Source: an uncultured Bacilli bacterium
GTDB taxonomy: Bacteria; Bacillota_I; Bacilli_A; RFN20; CAG-826
DNA: 64,000 nt
Assembly: GCA_934162685.1 (NCBI GenBank)
Contig: CAKPJO010000001.1
Span: 30,602 to 94,601, forward strand
Direction: 5' to 3'
The notes beneath the pieces were generated by a model, which searched no databases, had not been told where the DNA came from, and saw only the letters and a program-made list of their open reading frames with translations. Positions 55,416-64,000 of this stretch are shown in pieces (positions within the stretch are counted from its first letter, which is position 1; each line of letters begins with the position of its first letter). The translations under genes were made by a program, and so were the position numbers.

Positions 55416-55679
55416 TTATAAAATATCTATTAAATCTTGTGTTGTTGATAAAGCACGAGGTGTATCTAATGTACCTGCACTATAATTATAACAATAATAA
55501 TCTGCTTGCTCTTCATTGATAGCTTTTAAAATGTGAATTGCAACAAATAAATTATCATCATTAATTTTACTTATTGCAAAATCTTTAAGGATATCATATG
55601 ATGTTATATAATATCCTTCTTCTTCCATTTCTCTGACAGCATCGTCAAATCCTAATTTGTTGATTTTATTTTTAGTCAT
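55416..55679 (-). CDS. hypothetical protein
   Basis: RBS GGGAGGAAACAAATATG; preceded by repeated palindromic element A. Confidence 0.5.
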   Translation of the reverse strand: MTKNKINKLGFDDAVREMEEEGYYITSYDILKDFAISKINDDNLFVAIHILKAINEEQADYYCYNYSAGTLDTPRALSTTQDLIDIL

Positions 55680-55696
55680 ATTTGTTTCCTCCCGTG

Positions 55697-55775
55697 TTTT
55701 ACCGACTTTTCTGTCCAGCTATATCTTTTTATACTAATTAAATGTTTGCCAAACATTTAATGTTAGTAAGCCTTT
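55697..55775 (-). promoter_or_regulatory. repeated regulatory element copy A (TAGTATAAAAAGATATAGCTGGACAG plus palindrome AAATGTTTGgCAAACATTT)
   Basis: Conserved with 57785..57870; the perfect 9-bp inverted repeat suggests a dimeric DNA-binding protein site next to a promoter-like box. Confidence 0.45.
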
Positions 55776-55800
55776 TAATGTCTTGCTTAGGACCAATAAT

Positions 55801-56148
55801 TTACCTAATATAGCCTTTTGAACAAATATTAAGATTATTATCATCTTTGAGTTGTACTAATGTACCTCCGTAAATACCTGTAACATATCTAAAGATACAG
55901 ATATTTTTTTGAAAGAAAAATCCTTCTTTGTCTTTTTCAATTACAGAAATATAATATCTTCCGCCATTAAGACTGTCAGCTGGTATTTCTATCAATTTTA
56001 ATCCTTGAGCAGTTATATCAGCCTTAAATTGTGAAATTTGTTTTAAATAGTCGTTATTATTATAACAAGCTCTATTTAAAACTTGCTCAGTAAAATCTTT
56101 CATAAAAATTGGATAGACTACACTATATAACCATTGATTTTGATTCAT
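55801..56148 (-). CDS. hypothetical protein
   Basis: RBS AGGAGGAAGAAAACATG. Confidence 0.5.
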   Translation of the reverse strand: MNQNQWLYSVVYPIFMKDFTEQVLNRACYNNNDYLKQISQFKADITAQGLKLIEIPADSLNGGRYYISVIEKDKEGFFFQKNICIFRYVTGIYGGTLVQLKDDNNLNICSKGYIR

Positions 56149-56162
56149 GTTTTCTTCCTCCT

Positions 56163-56393
56163 TTAAATCTTAGCAGAAACGATTTCTGGATTTTTATAAC
56201 TTCTCCAGAAATCAACTGCTTCATCATTATGATACATTACGATGACAACTTTGTCAACGCTTTTGTATCTTTTTTTATTGGTGTTAAAGTTCCACCATTT
56301 TTGAGCATCTTGCTCGTTTTTAAAACAAACTTCACAACTCCATCTGTTCATAGAGTGTGCATCGTATGTTACGACAGCGTGAAATTCTGTCAT
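56163..56393 (-). CDS. hypothetical protein
   Basis: Coupled. Confidence 0.5.
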   Translation of the reverse strand: MTEFHAVVTYDAHSMNRWSCEVCFKNEQDAQKWWNFNTNKKRYKSVDKVVIVMYHNDEAVDFWRSYKNPEIVSAKI

Positions 56394-56395
56394 AA

Positions 56396-56758
56396 TTAAG
56401 CACCTACCTTTCTAGCAGCTGCTTTGTTGCTTTTGTTTTTGAGAGCAATTTGTTTTCTTACTCTCATAATGCATTGACGTGTGATACGTTCAATGTCGAT
56501 CGTTCCAAGACGATGCATCTTGGAGTGAAGTTTGATAAAACCAGCATCATGTCTTAATGCTTCAACTTCCTCTTCTGTTAATTTAAAGAGGTTATAAACC
56601 TTTTTAGGTTCTGGGACTCTTAATCCCTTTGTTTCTGCTTTAGCAGTATTTGTTCTTGAGTTATTCATATGTAACTCCTTTCTGTCCTTTATTGTATAAT
56701 ATCTTATATACCGACTTATTGTGCCACAGTGGCAAGTGATATATCCCTTCTTATACAA
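56396..56758 (-). CDS. basic hypothetical protein
   Basis: C-terminus KNKSNKAAARKVGA. Confidence 0.5.
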   Translation of the reverse strand: MYKKGYITCHCGTISRYIRYYTIKDRKELHMNNSRTNTAKAETKGLRVPEPKKVYNLFKLTEEEVEALRHDAGFIKLHSKMHRLGTIDIERITRQCIMRVRKQIALKNKSNKAAARKVGA

Positions 56759-56818
56759 GGAACTTGAAGCTTAATTAGCTTCCAAATGACTTCTATTTTT
56801 ATAGAAGCCATCAAGAAA

Positions 56819-57121
56819 TTAATTAATCTCTTGATATTTAATCAATAAATTAATTTTTTTCAAAGAATCATTTATAAATGAAGCGTAATCTTCATATAAA
56901 GACTCATCTTCATATTCTTGCACATTTTTAAAGTATGTACTAAGAAGTTTATGATTTTTATATTCAGATGAAACTTGAATAAAGTTTCTATCTTCTTTGA
57001 TAAAAATTCTTAGTCCTGAAAGTTTTTCACTTTCAAAGACTGTTGTATATTCATCATTAAAACAAAAAGTTTTAACGTGAATAAATTTGATTTTATCTAA
57101 GAATAATATGAAATTCATCAT
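56819..57121 (-). CDS. hypothetical protein
   Basis: RBS AAGGAGGTGAATAATAATG. Confidence 0.5.
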   Translation of the reverse strand: MMNFILFLDKIKFIHVKTFCFNDEYTTVFESEKLSGLRIFIKEDRNFIQVSSEYKNHKLLSTYFKNVQEYEDESLYEDYASFINDSLKKINLLIKYQEIN

Positions 57122-57135
57122 TATTATTCACCTCC

Positions 57136-57747
57136 TTATTCTTCATCAAAGATATCATCCATCGAATGGAAGCATTCATCATCAATACCTGTGATGAATA
57201 TCTCCCTTTCCTTTGCTGATAATTCTGGAAGAACATCTTGAATATGCTCGTAACCAGGTTCTGCAAAATACCAACGAAGCCAATTTTCAAATTGGTCTTT
57301 GTTAATATTAACCGTGTGATATTCTTCACACATAGGACACATTCTCCCTATTGTGAGAATACCTTTTTTGTAATTTTGGAGATGAATTTGGAAATCTCCA
57401 ATAACTAATGGATCGAATCTATAATAAAAGACTCGCCCAATGTATTCAATTACATTGATATTGTTTTCAAATCTTTGAATATCATCAATGCAAATCATTG
57501 GAGTAAACTTATAATTAACTCCAACAAACATTTTGAATGAAGTTGCCTTTCCTTCTTCGTCATAGCCAAGTTCAATTTCAACAGGATATAAATCTGTTGT
57601 TAGAACATAAGCATTTTTCTTTTGTGATTTAATACTCATATTGCCAAATTTAACAATATCAGTATCATCGTCTACATCTTCAACTGTAAATTCTTTGGTT
57701 GCTAATAAAGCTTTAACCAAACTTTCAATCATAATAATGTTTTTCAT
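57136..57747 (-). CDS. hypothetical protein with a CxxC...CxxC zinc-binding segment
   Basis: RBS CGGAGGAACAAAATATG; CPMCEEYH. Confidence 0.5.
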   Translation of the reverse strand: MKNIIMIESLVKALLATKEFTVEDVDDDTDIVKFGNMSIKSQKKNAYVLTTDLYPVEIELGYDEEGKATSFKMFVGVNYKFTPMICIDDIQRFENNINVIEYIGRVFYYRFDPLVIGDFQIHLQNYKKGILTIGRMCPMCEEYHTVNINKDQFENWLRWYFAEPGYEHIQDVLPELSAKEREIFITGIDDECFHSMDDIFDEE

Positions 57748-57784
57748 ATTTTGTTCCTCCGAGTTTTATAGACTTCACTGTCTA

Positions 57785-57870
57785 GTTATATCTTTTTATA
57801 CTAGTCAAATGTTTACCAGACATTTAATTCTAGTTCTCTGTTTCGCTCGAAAGCTCATCAGCGTTGGACT
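57785..57870 (-). promoter_or_regulatory. repeated regulatory element copy B (TTGACTAGTATAAAAAGATATAACTAGACAG plus AAATGT...ACATTT)
   Basis: About 45-nt block conserved with copy A; also shares TTTTACCGAC. Confidence 0.45.
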
Positions 57871-57919
57871 TTTACCGACGGACAGAGAGCAAGTTTATAG
57901 TCTTGCTCTGTATATGAAA

Positions 57920-58774
57920 TTATTCCTCAAGAATTTTTTGTAGTTGAGAAATAATTTCTTTTATATTTTCTGGAACTTTTGCTTCAGGCTTGTGGTAAAC
58001 ATCCCAACATTTTTCATTCCTTAAACGAGGAGCTTTTTCTTTTAACTCTTTAATAAATGCCAAGACAGCTGGCATTTGAGATATTTCGATTTCTACTTCT
58101 GAAAAATAGAAAGTTTTGTCCTCTTCGACAGAAGAATCTATTTCAAATGAATATCTATTTCCTCCATAACTACGTTGGCTGTATTCGTTAGTCAATGTAA
58201 TTTCTAAAAGTTCGTCATAGTGGAGTTCATCTTTATAGATTGTGGCGGTTAATGATAATTCACCATCACGATCGTGCACTCCAAGTTCACAATATTTTAA
58301 TAAATTGAGTTTCGTGAATGTTTTACAAAATTTATTTAATTTTTTTGTTTTTTCAATACTTTCTTCATATCTTTTTTTGATTATAGAATTAAAGAAATTT
58401 AATATCTCTTTAATTGGAAGGAATTCTGTTTCCCATTCTTTTTGAGAAACTTTCCAGCTTGGTGCTGGGTGTTCTTCTGATCTTTCGTCGAAAATAGTGA
58501 CAGAGTCACTATCAACTTCTTCGAAGTCACATTCCTTTCCGTCTGGATATTTTGTTTCAATGGAAGGACCAATTAATAGACCGTTCATTGAGAATAAGTC
58601 TACTTGTCGTTTCCACATATGCATTGTTGTTAGGACATAATTACCATGCGATAAAAAGATAAAGAAGACTTCTCCGTTATCTTCTTTAATATTTGCGTAC
58701 CCATCTATTTCAACTAATTGCCATTTTTTCAAATGTTTTAATTGAAATAATTGTGTTAATAATGTTTTGTCCAT
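57920..58774 (-). CDS. hypothetical protein
   Basis: RBS TGGAGGTAACATTATG. Confidence 0.55.
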   Translation of the reverse strand: MDKTLLTQLFQLKHLKKWQLVEIDGYANIKEDNGEVFFIFLSHGNYVLTTMHMWKRQVDLFSMNGLLIGPSIETKYPDGKECDFEEVDSDSVTIFDERSEEHPAPSWKVSQKEWETEFLPIKEILNFFNSIIKKRYEESIEKTKKLNKFCKTFTKLNLLKYCELGVHDRDGELSLTATIYKDELHYDELLEITLTNEYSQRSYGGNRYSFEIDSSVEEDKTFYFSEVEIEISQMPAVLAFIKELKEKAPRLRNEKCWDVYHKPEAKVPENIKEIISQLQKILEE

Positions 58775-59904
58775 AATGTTACCTCCAGTAACCGATTCTT
58801 GATATTATCTCCATCGCTTGTGTGGCTTTTTATATTTCACAAGATTTTACGTTTTGAGTTTCAAGGATTACGTTAAACCTAAAGCGCTCATCAGCACGGA
58901 GTCTCGCTCACCTCCGTGGACACAGAGAATTAACTCTGTGTTTCGAAAATAAATAAAAGCTCTTTCTGCGTCGAAGGTACGTAATCCCCTTTCCCGCTCT
59001 CCTGAAAGAAATCTTTATAGTTTATTATAAAACTAATTAGTGTATTAATTGTTTCCGATTAATTGTTTACAACATAACGGCGTCTGAAGTACGCGCTTCT
59101 GCCTGTTCCTATGCTGTTCACTGCGTCCAACTCTGCGTCAACGTCACATTGTTGCCTAGCACTGTCACGTTATATTCTACTAGGACTTTAGGTTTTTTCT
59201 TGAAATGGGTGACCTTAAACCAATACCATAACTAATGTGACTCCGCTCTCCTGAGTTTTCCGCTCTCCTGCTACTATAGCGAGGTAGTTGTAAACTAAGT
59301 GACTATTGAATCCTTCAACAATCACCGTTGTTAATCGGATAATTAACAACTAATAGTTTATACTAGAGCTTAACAAGCTTCCTTGATTGAAGCTTGTTCT
59401 AAGCTCTTAGGAAGATAAAAATCTTCCATACCCTAGAAAACTAATTTAAACTAGAGTTCTCTTAGCCGAGCAAGTGCCTTACTATGTCTTGAATATCTCC
59501 TAATGGAGCCCTAGTCCTTTCATCTAGGGGTTTACTACCGAATTCAGCTATATCTCCATTCCTCAGCCGTTGTGACATGACTTTGTTGTGCCCTCTTACA
59601 ACAAAGCAAGAATCTTGTGATTCTCAACGCTGGTGGGAATGTACCAGTTGCTGTTGATTCACGGTTTAAGTAGGCTCAAACCGTACCTATCCTGCCGCCA
59701 TGCTTCCAAGGTGGGAAGTTTGCATTCTGGCCAGTCGGGAATTGCACCCTAACGCAGGTTTTATATTGAGAGTATTGGAATCATTACTGATTCATGCTCC
59801 GCGAAGGCTCTAGTGCCTTTCGCTAAGGAATATTTGCATCACTGCAAATCCACCTTTTATAAAACACCCTATTGAATAAGGTGTTTTACAAAAAGAGGAT
59901 AGCG

Positions 59905-60144
59905 TTAAGCTATCACCTTTTTTGATATTTTGTGAATTTTCACATTTGTGTGACCACAAGATTCCAATTCACGTTTAACTTTCTCAGCTTGAGCTTTGGA
60001 AGTCAAAACTTCATAAGAAGTTTGTTCAACTCCAGTGCCAAAGGTGTTGAAAGTTATGAAATATAAATATTTCATGAACGAATCCTCCTTTCTATATATT
60101 TCACTTACACACATATTATTATATGTATAAGTCGTAATATACAT
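59905..60144 (-). CDS. hypothetical small protein
   Basis: RBS AAGGAGGATTCGTTCATG. Confidence 0.5.
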   Translation of the reverse strand: MYITTYTYNNMCVSEIYRKEDSFMKYLYFITFNTFGTGVEQTSYEVLTSKAQAEKVKRELESCGHTNVKIHKISKKVIA

Positions 60145-60249
60145 TTTTTAATATATATTACACTTACCATATCTTTATATCCGATCAGTGAGCCAACACG
60201 ACATAAAAACCCAATATAAAGCGTACTTCTGCTTTTTTCATAAAACACC

Positions 60250-60286
60250 CCCCAACAAAAAAAAAGAGCCCTACCAGGCTCTCTCC
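60250..60286 (-). terminator. strong intrinsic terminator on the minus strand (GAGAGCCtggtagGGCTCT plus T9)
   Basis: Directly downstream of the stop of 60300..60815. Confidence 0.65.
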
Positions 60287-60299
60287 TTTTCTCTTTTCC

Positions 60300-60815
60300 C
60301 TACTCTTCTTCTTCCAAATCAAACGGTTCTTCACTAACCGCATCTTTAAAAGTATGAAGACGAGGTAACGTCAAATAATTTTTCAAGATATACGCCACAT
60401 CCTCAGGCTTATACGAAATTGCGATAATAACGAAATTGTTAAACGATGGATCATCCTCAATAACGGTATTAAAATAAGTCATCCAAGCTTTAGAATAAGA
60501 TAAAGGGATATAACCTTTAATATCAGAAATTGGAATATCAGGTTGAATGCCCCTAAAAGAACACCAGGCCTCAAAATGGTCCTTACGAATTTCGTAAAGG
60601 TAGTGAGAAAGGGTGTCAACGATATCTTCTACAGAAGAGCAGATACCGATTACTTGTTCGCTGCTAGCATCTGTAATCCAATATAACTCAATGCGAACAT
60701 TACGTTTGTTTTTAGGAAGTGAATGAAGACGACGTTTAGAAACTTGATATGGAGCATAGACAATATTATCCTCATCTGGAATAAGAGAACTTTCGATTTT
60801 TTTCAATTTTTTCAT
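60300..60815 (-). CDS. hypothetical protein (GC-richer codon usage)
   Basis: RBS AAAGGAGATTTTAAAAATG. Confidence 0.55.
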   Translation of the reverse strand: MKKLKKIESSLIPDEDNIVYAPYQVSKRRLHSLPKNKRNVRIELYWITDASSEQVIGICSSVEDIVDTLSHYLYEIRKDHFEAWCSFRGIQPDIPISDIKGYIPLSYSKAWMTYFNTVIEDDPSFNNFVIIAISYKPEDVAYILKNYLTLPRLHTFKDAVSEEPFDLEEEE

Positions 60816-60961
60816 TTTTAAAATCTCCTTTTTTTATTATATAAATAATAATACATATATATAATCACTCTAGAATCAATTTTAGCCGATTTTTTTGAAG
60901 TTAAATCTAATAAATTAGGAAGTGAACTTAAAACTTTAATAAAATATACCTTAGCCGACGA

Positions 60962-61654
60962 TTAAAGTGTAATTTCTGTTTGAACGAATGAAGAAAGGAC
61001 GGCGGGGTTACAATCACCGATAATAATATTTTCGGAAGGGACGATAAGATGTCCTTCGTGCCAAGGAAGGCGGAAACAAGCGATGGGGTTATTTGAACCA
61101 ACGACTTGGAAATCTAAGTGATAGGTATCGTGAAGTGTTTTAACTAAGCTTTCTTGAACGGAAGGTTTTTTTGTATCAAGCCCTGCTATGTAAAAGATGA
61201 ACTTGCGGTCATACTTAATCCAATGTGAATGATGTGGATTCATCGCGGCATAGACGGCGAAAGCGGTAAGAAGACGTCGAATGTCTGGAGAGGTTTCGTG
61301 GTGCTCATAAAATGTGTTGTTTAGGTTTTTAATGTCGATAGGATTAATAAGAAGAACGCGTGAACGCGACTCTGCTACTTCGGCGCGTTGAAAGGCGGGG
61401 AAATAGAGAGTGGCGATACGTGAAGCCGCTTGACGTGAAAAACCCAACGAGGAGGATAGGGCATCTTGAATTGCAAAGAGCGACTCTGAGGGAGATACGG
61501 AACCTCCTTTGCTTTTATAAATGTCATAGAGGAAGCGCCAGGTGTAGGGCTCAAGAGGTCCTACGAAAGTGACGCTTTCTTGTTTTTGGGATGGTGTGTT
61601 GTTTATATTTGTGCTGTTATTATTATTGTTAGTACTATTATTATCTGTTGTCAT
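60962..61654 (-). CDS. hypothetical protein (Asn-rich N-terminus)
   Basis: Start reset to ATG 61654 (AAGGAGG plus 9 nt). The ORF-track start 61708 lies inside the upstream gene. Confidence 0.5.
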   Translation of the reverse strand: MTTDNNSTNNNNNSTNINNTPSQKQESVTFVGPLEPYTWRFLYDIYKSKGGSVSPSESLFAIQDALSSSLGFSRQAASRIATLYFPAFQRAEVAESRSRVLLINPIDIKNLNNTFYEHHETSPDIRRLLTAFAVYAAMNPHHSHWIKYDRKFIFYIAGLDTKKPSVQESLVKTLHDTYHLDFQVVGSNNPIACFRLPWHEGHLIVPSENIIIGDCNPAVLSSFVQTEITL

Positions 61655-62936
61655 TTTGAAAAGAACCTCCTTGTTTAAATTCATTATTAATAACATTATT
61701 AATAACATTATTAATATCTTGTTCTATGGCATCGTGAGGGGCAAGATAGTCATCATCATAACCGAAGAGGCCATTAAGCATACGTTGAATGGAAATCTCA
61801 AGTTGAGGAGTGACTTTTTTAAGGGAATATTTGACACCAAGATATTCGGTGCCGTTTGGATCTCTTATCGGGCAATAGGAATCGCCGTATGGAATAAGAG
61901 AAACAATTTGGTCTTCTAAGACGTCCCAAGCGAATGCCCAATTAAATGTTGAATAAAGAGGTGCTAAACGAGAGCAATAGAAGAGGAATTCATCACCAGA
62001 CATGTTATGATCAACGAGTTGATTTTGAAGGTCGCCGATAAGTGATTCTATGAGAGAAGAGCGAAGCTCGGAATAGGTGTCTGGGGAGAGGTCGGAGAAT
62101 TGAGAAGAAGAGAGGGACTCAAGATGTTTGATTTGTTTACGGGCAATATAAATTTTATAAAGCGAACGTACGAAGTCTAATTTTTCTTGGGAGAAGAGGG
62201 GGGCGTAATGCGCTTCGAAAGTTGGAAGCATTGATACGTTTTTCTTCTTAGCGTCGCCATTTTTGGCAAACTTGATGTCGAAATCAACATTCTCGAATTC
62301 GCGACATAATTTATTCATTGTACAATTTGAGGTGATAAGGGGCGAATACTTTTGATATTTACGCACAAGATTTGTTTCTTCTGGAGTTTTGTTTTCTTTA
62401 CGAAGCAGTTTCTTAAACTTAATGCCGAACATATCGCGACTTACCTCGTTATAGGCGGACTCAAACTGTTTAAAGCGTTGATTAAGCTCTGGATAGAGAT
62501 AGCGGAAGAAGTAAGGTTTTTTAGAAATAACCATGGCATTATGTTTAAACTTTGCGAGGCGTTCTTCTGGAGTATCATCTTCTGTTATTTGTTCAAAATG
62601 TTTCCAAGAATGAGGGAGAGACGGTTTGTCGGCTCCTTTAATACGGTCAATTTCTTGACCAACGATTTCACGTAAGAGCTTAATACGTGTCATAATTTCG
62701 TTATATTGATCTTGTTGTGCTGGATTATCGAAGATTGCTGCCATTGCATAGAAAATAGTGGCGCAATTCGAGAAGCCTCCAACGCCTGTTCCGAAACCTT
62801 TGGAAACGGTTTTAGTTATGTTTGCGACCGTCATTTTTTGGACGGGGGCAATGCCTTTTTCGTATGTTATAATATTTTGTTCTTTATGAGATCCTTTTAA
62901 GAAGTAAGGGTTGTCTGTGGATAGGACTATATCTCC
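61641..62936 (-). CDS. 3' exon of an intron-split gene; candidate large-subunit (beta-prime-like) fragment of a phage multisubunit RNA polymerase (speculative)
   Basis: The reading frame stays open upstream of the first ATG (62834) to ~62936. If spliced to exon 1, the junction reads ...RLSDADYD|GDIVLSTDNPY..., resembling the beta-prime catalytic NADFDGDQMAV motif. The exon boundary is approximate. Confidence 0.4.
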   Translation of the reverse strand, partial: GDIVLSTDNPYFLKGSHKEQNIITYEKGIAPVQKMTVANITKTVSKGFGTGVGGFSNCATIFYAMAAIFDNPAQQDQYNEIMTRIKLLREIVGQEIDRIKGADKPSLPHSWKHFEQITEDDTPEERLAKFKHNAMVISKKPYFFRYLYPELNQRFKQFESAYNEVSRDMFGIKFKKLLRKENKTPEETNLVRKYQKYSPLITSNCTMNKLCREFENVDFDIKFAKNGDAKKKNVSMLPTFEAHYAPLFSQEKLDFVRSLYKIYIARKQIKHLESLSSSQFSDLSPDTYSELRSSLIESLIGDLQNQLVDHNMSGDEFLFYCSRLAPLYSTFNWAFAWDVLEDQIVSLIPYGDSYCPIRDPNGTEYLGVKYSLKKVTPQLEISIQRMLNGLFGYDDDYLAPHDAIEQDINNVINNVINNEFKQGGSFQNDNR

Positions 62937-63346
62937 CGATGATACCCTCGGTTTCCCGATATTTATAGGAGAAGGGGACTAGACTATATCTTAGCTAATT
63001 AATAACTGTTTGGGGGTCATTAATCAGATGTTGGCACTTCGATTTAATGGATTTTATAATCAAGCTAATATCACCTGATAGCCAACCTTGTTTAAGGGCT
63101 CTACTCTACTCATTTATTTTTAACAGATTTTCTCTATTAATATACTTTCGATAGTCGTTTGAGTTTTTAAACCTTTTATGTAATTTGATTTAACTTACCA
63201 CAGGATTGTCGTCTCCTTTACGAGTTACGAGTTCCCTGTTAGCAATGCTATTATTCGCCATTATCCTGCGAAACACTTCACGTTAGCATTACACCCAGAT
63301 TTACTAATCTGGTTCACCAACTTTTACTATGACTAGTAATATGTCA
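62937..63346 (-). mobile_element. group I intron (ORF-less, ~410 nt; boundaries approximate)
   Basis: In gene sense: the 5' exon ends with U (gaT|TGAcat, in-frame stop at the intron start). R-like element CAAACGACTATCG (plus 63149-63161). S element AAGATATAGTCT (plus 62981-62992) about 45 nt before the proposed terminal G. GACUA/UAGUC can form P7. Confidence 0.6.
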
Positions 63347-64000
63347 ATCATAGTCAGCATCGCTTAAGCGAGCTGTAGCAGCATCATATGTGCTGAATAC
63401 TATTCCAGAATATAGGTGGCTTAACCACCGCTTCGCCTCGTCAGAGTTTAATACGTCTGATGGGTCATGTTCGTGCATATCAATTTGAGGACTTCGACAG
63501 AGATCAACTCTCGGTACATTCCTATCGCTCCAGAATTTAGAATATATTTGATCTCTTCCAACTACCCCTATTGGCTCTAAACCTAGTGCAGATTGACATT
63601 GGGCAACAGGATCTGACAACATAAACTGATAATTTCCATGAACCCAGATTTTGCCTATTTTGGCGCGATTAATGGTTTCAGTGATATTTTTATAAATCTT
63701 ATGTTGAATATAACTATCTTTAAGGAAGTTGTTGTTTTTAACCAATGCTTTCATATAATTTGTTTGAGCAGTTCCATAAAGAGTATTAAACATAGAGTCT
63801 TCGTTTTTGGGCCCAAATGTAAATAGAAGTGTTGAAAGAGTCTCACCTGTACAAATTTGTTGTATCCAATCTACAGTCGGTTTAATAAGACTCTTAATGT
63901 CATCATTCGATAAAGTTAATGATTGAATGTATTGATAGTTTGCAAGAATATATTCTTCATCTTGTTTCTTTGGATAACGGGCAACTCCCCAAGGAATATC
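63347..64000 (-). CDS. 5' exon (partial, continues beyond the window) of the intron-split gene
   Basis: Open frame on the minus strand through the window end. C-terminal ...RSPQIDMHEHDPSD...RLSDADYD precedes the intron. Confidence 0.5.

Noticed and set aside
58775-59904. Group II intron
   Set aside because: No domain V-like GAGC...GNRA...GTTC hairpin and no maturase ORF. The hairpin at 59505-59535 has the wrong loop and length.

Overview
This is an AT-rich (about 30% GC) window of a bacteriophage genome with Firmicutes-type expression signals: AGGAGG-like ribosome-binding sites, TTGACT-N16/17-TATAAT promoters and hairpin plus T-run terminators. Positions 1 to 36.3 kb are a plus-strand early module. 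It holds a Toprim primase, a Cas4-like nuclease, a DnaE-type DNA polymerase III alpha gene, a RecD-like helicase, a phosphoesterase, an RNA ligase, a cysteine desulfurase, a ThyX-like enzyme, a nucleotidyltransferase, a CCA-adding enzyme and a sigma factor, plus many tiny ORFs. The polymerase gene carries an intein and is also split into two cistrons by a 5.5 kb insertion that ends in a LAGLIDADG homing endonuclease gene. The module is cut into cassettes by about 13 near-identical promoters, several fused to the preceding terminator hairpin. Two ORF-free, GC-richer, repeat-dense islands (33.1-34.9 kb and 36.3-38.7 kb) follow the sigma gene. A roughly 20 kb minus-strand block (38.7-58.8 kb) then encodes ClpP, a Clp-type AAA+ ATPase, a cold-shock-domain protein and a SprT-like protease. 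Many of its genes are preceded by a conserved AAAATTAAATAGGAAC box. The last 4 kb holds GC-richer minus-strand genes. One of them is interrupted by a group I intron, apparently inside a DxDGD-like motif.
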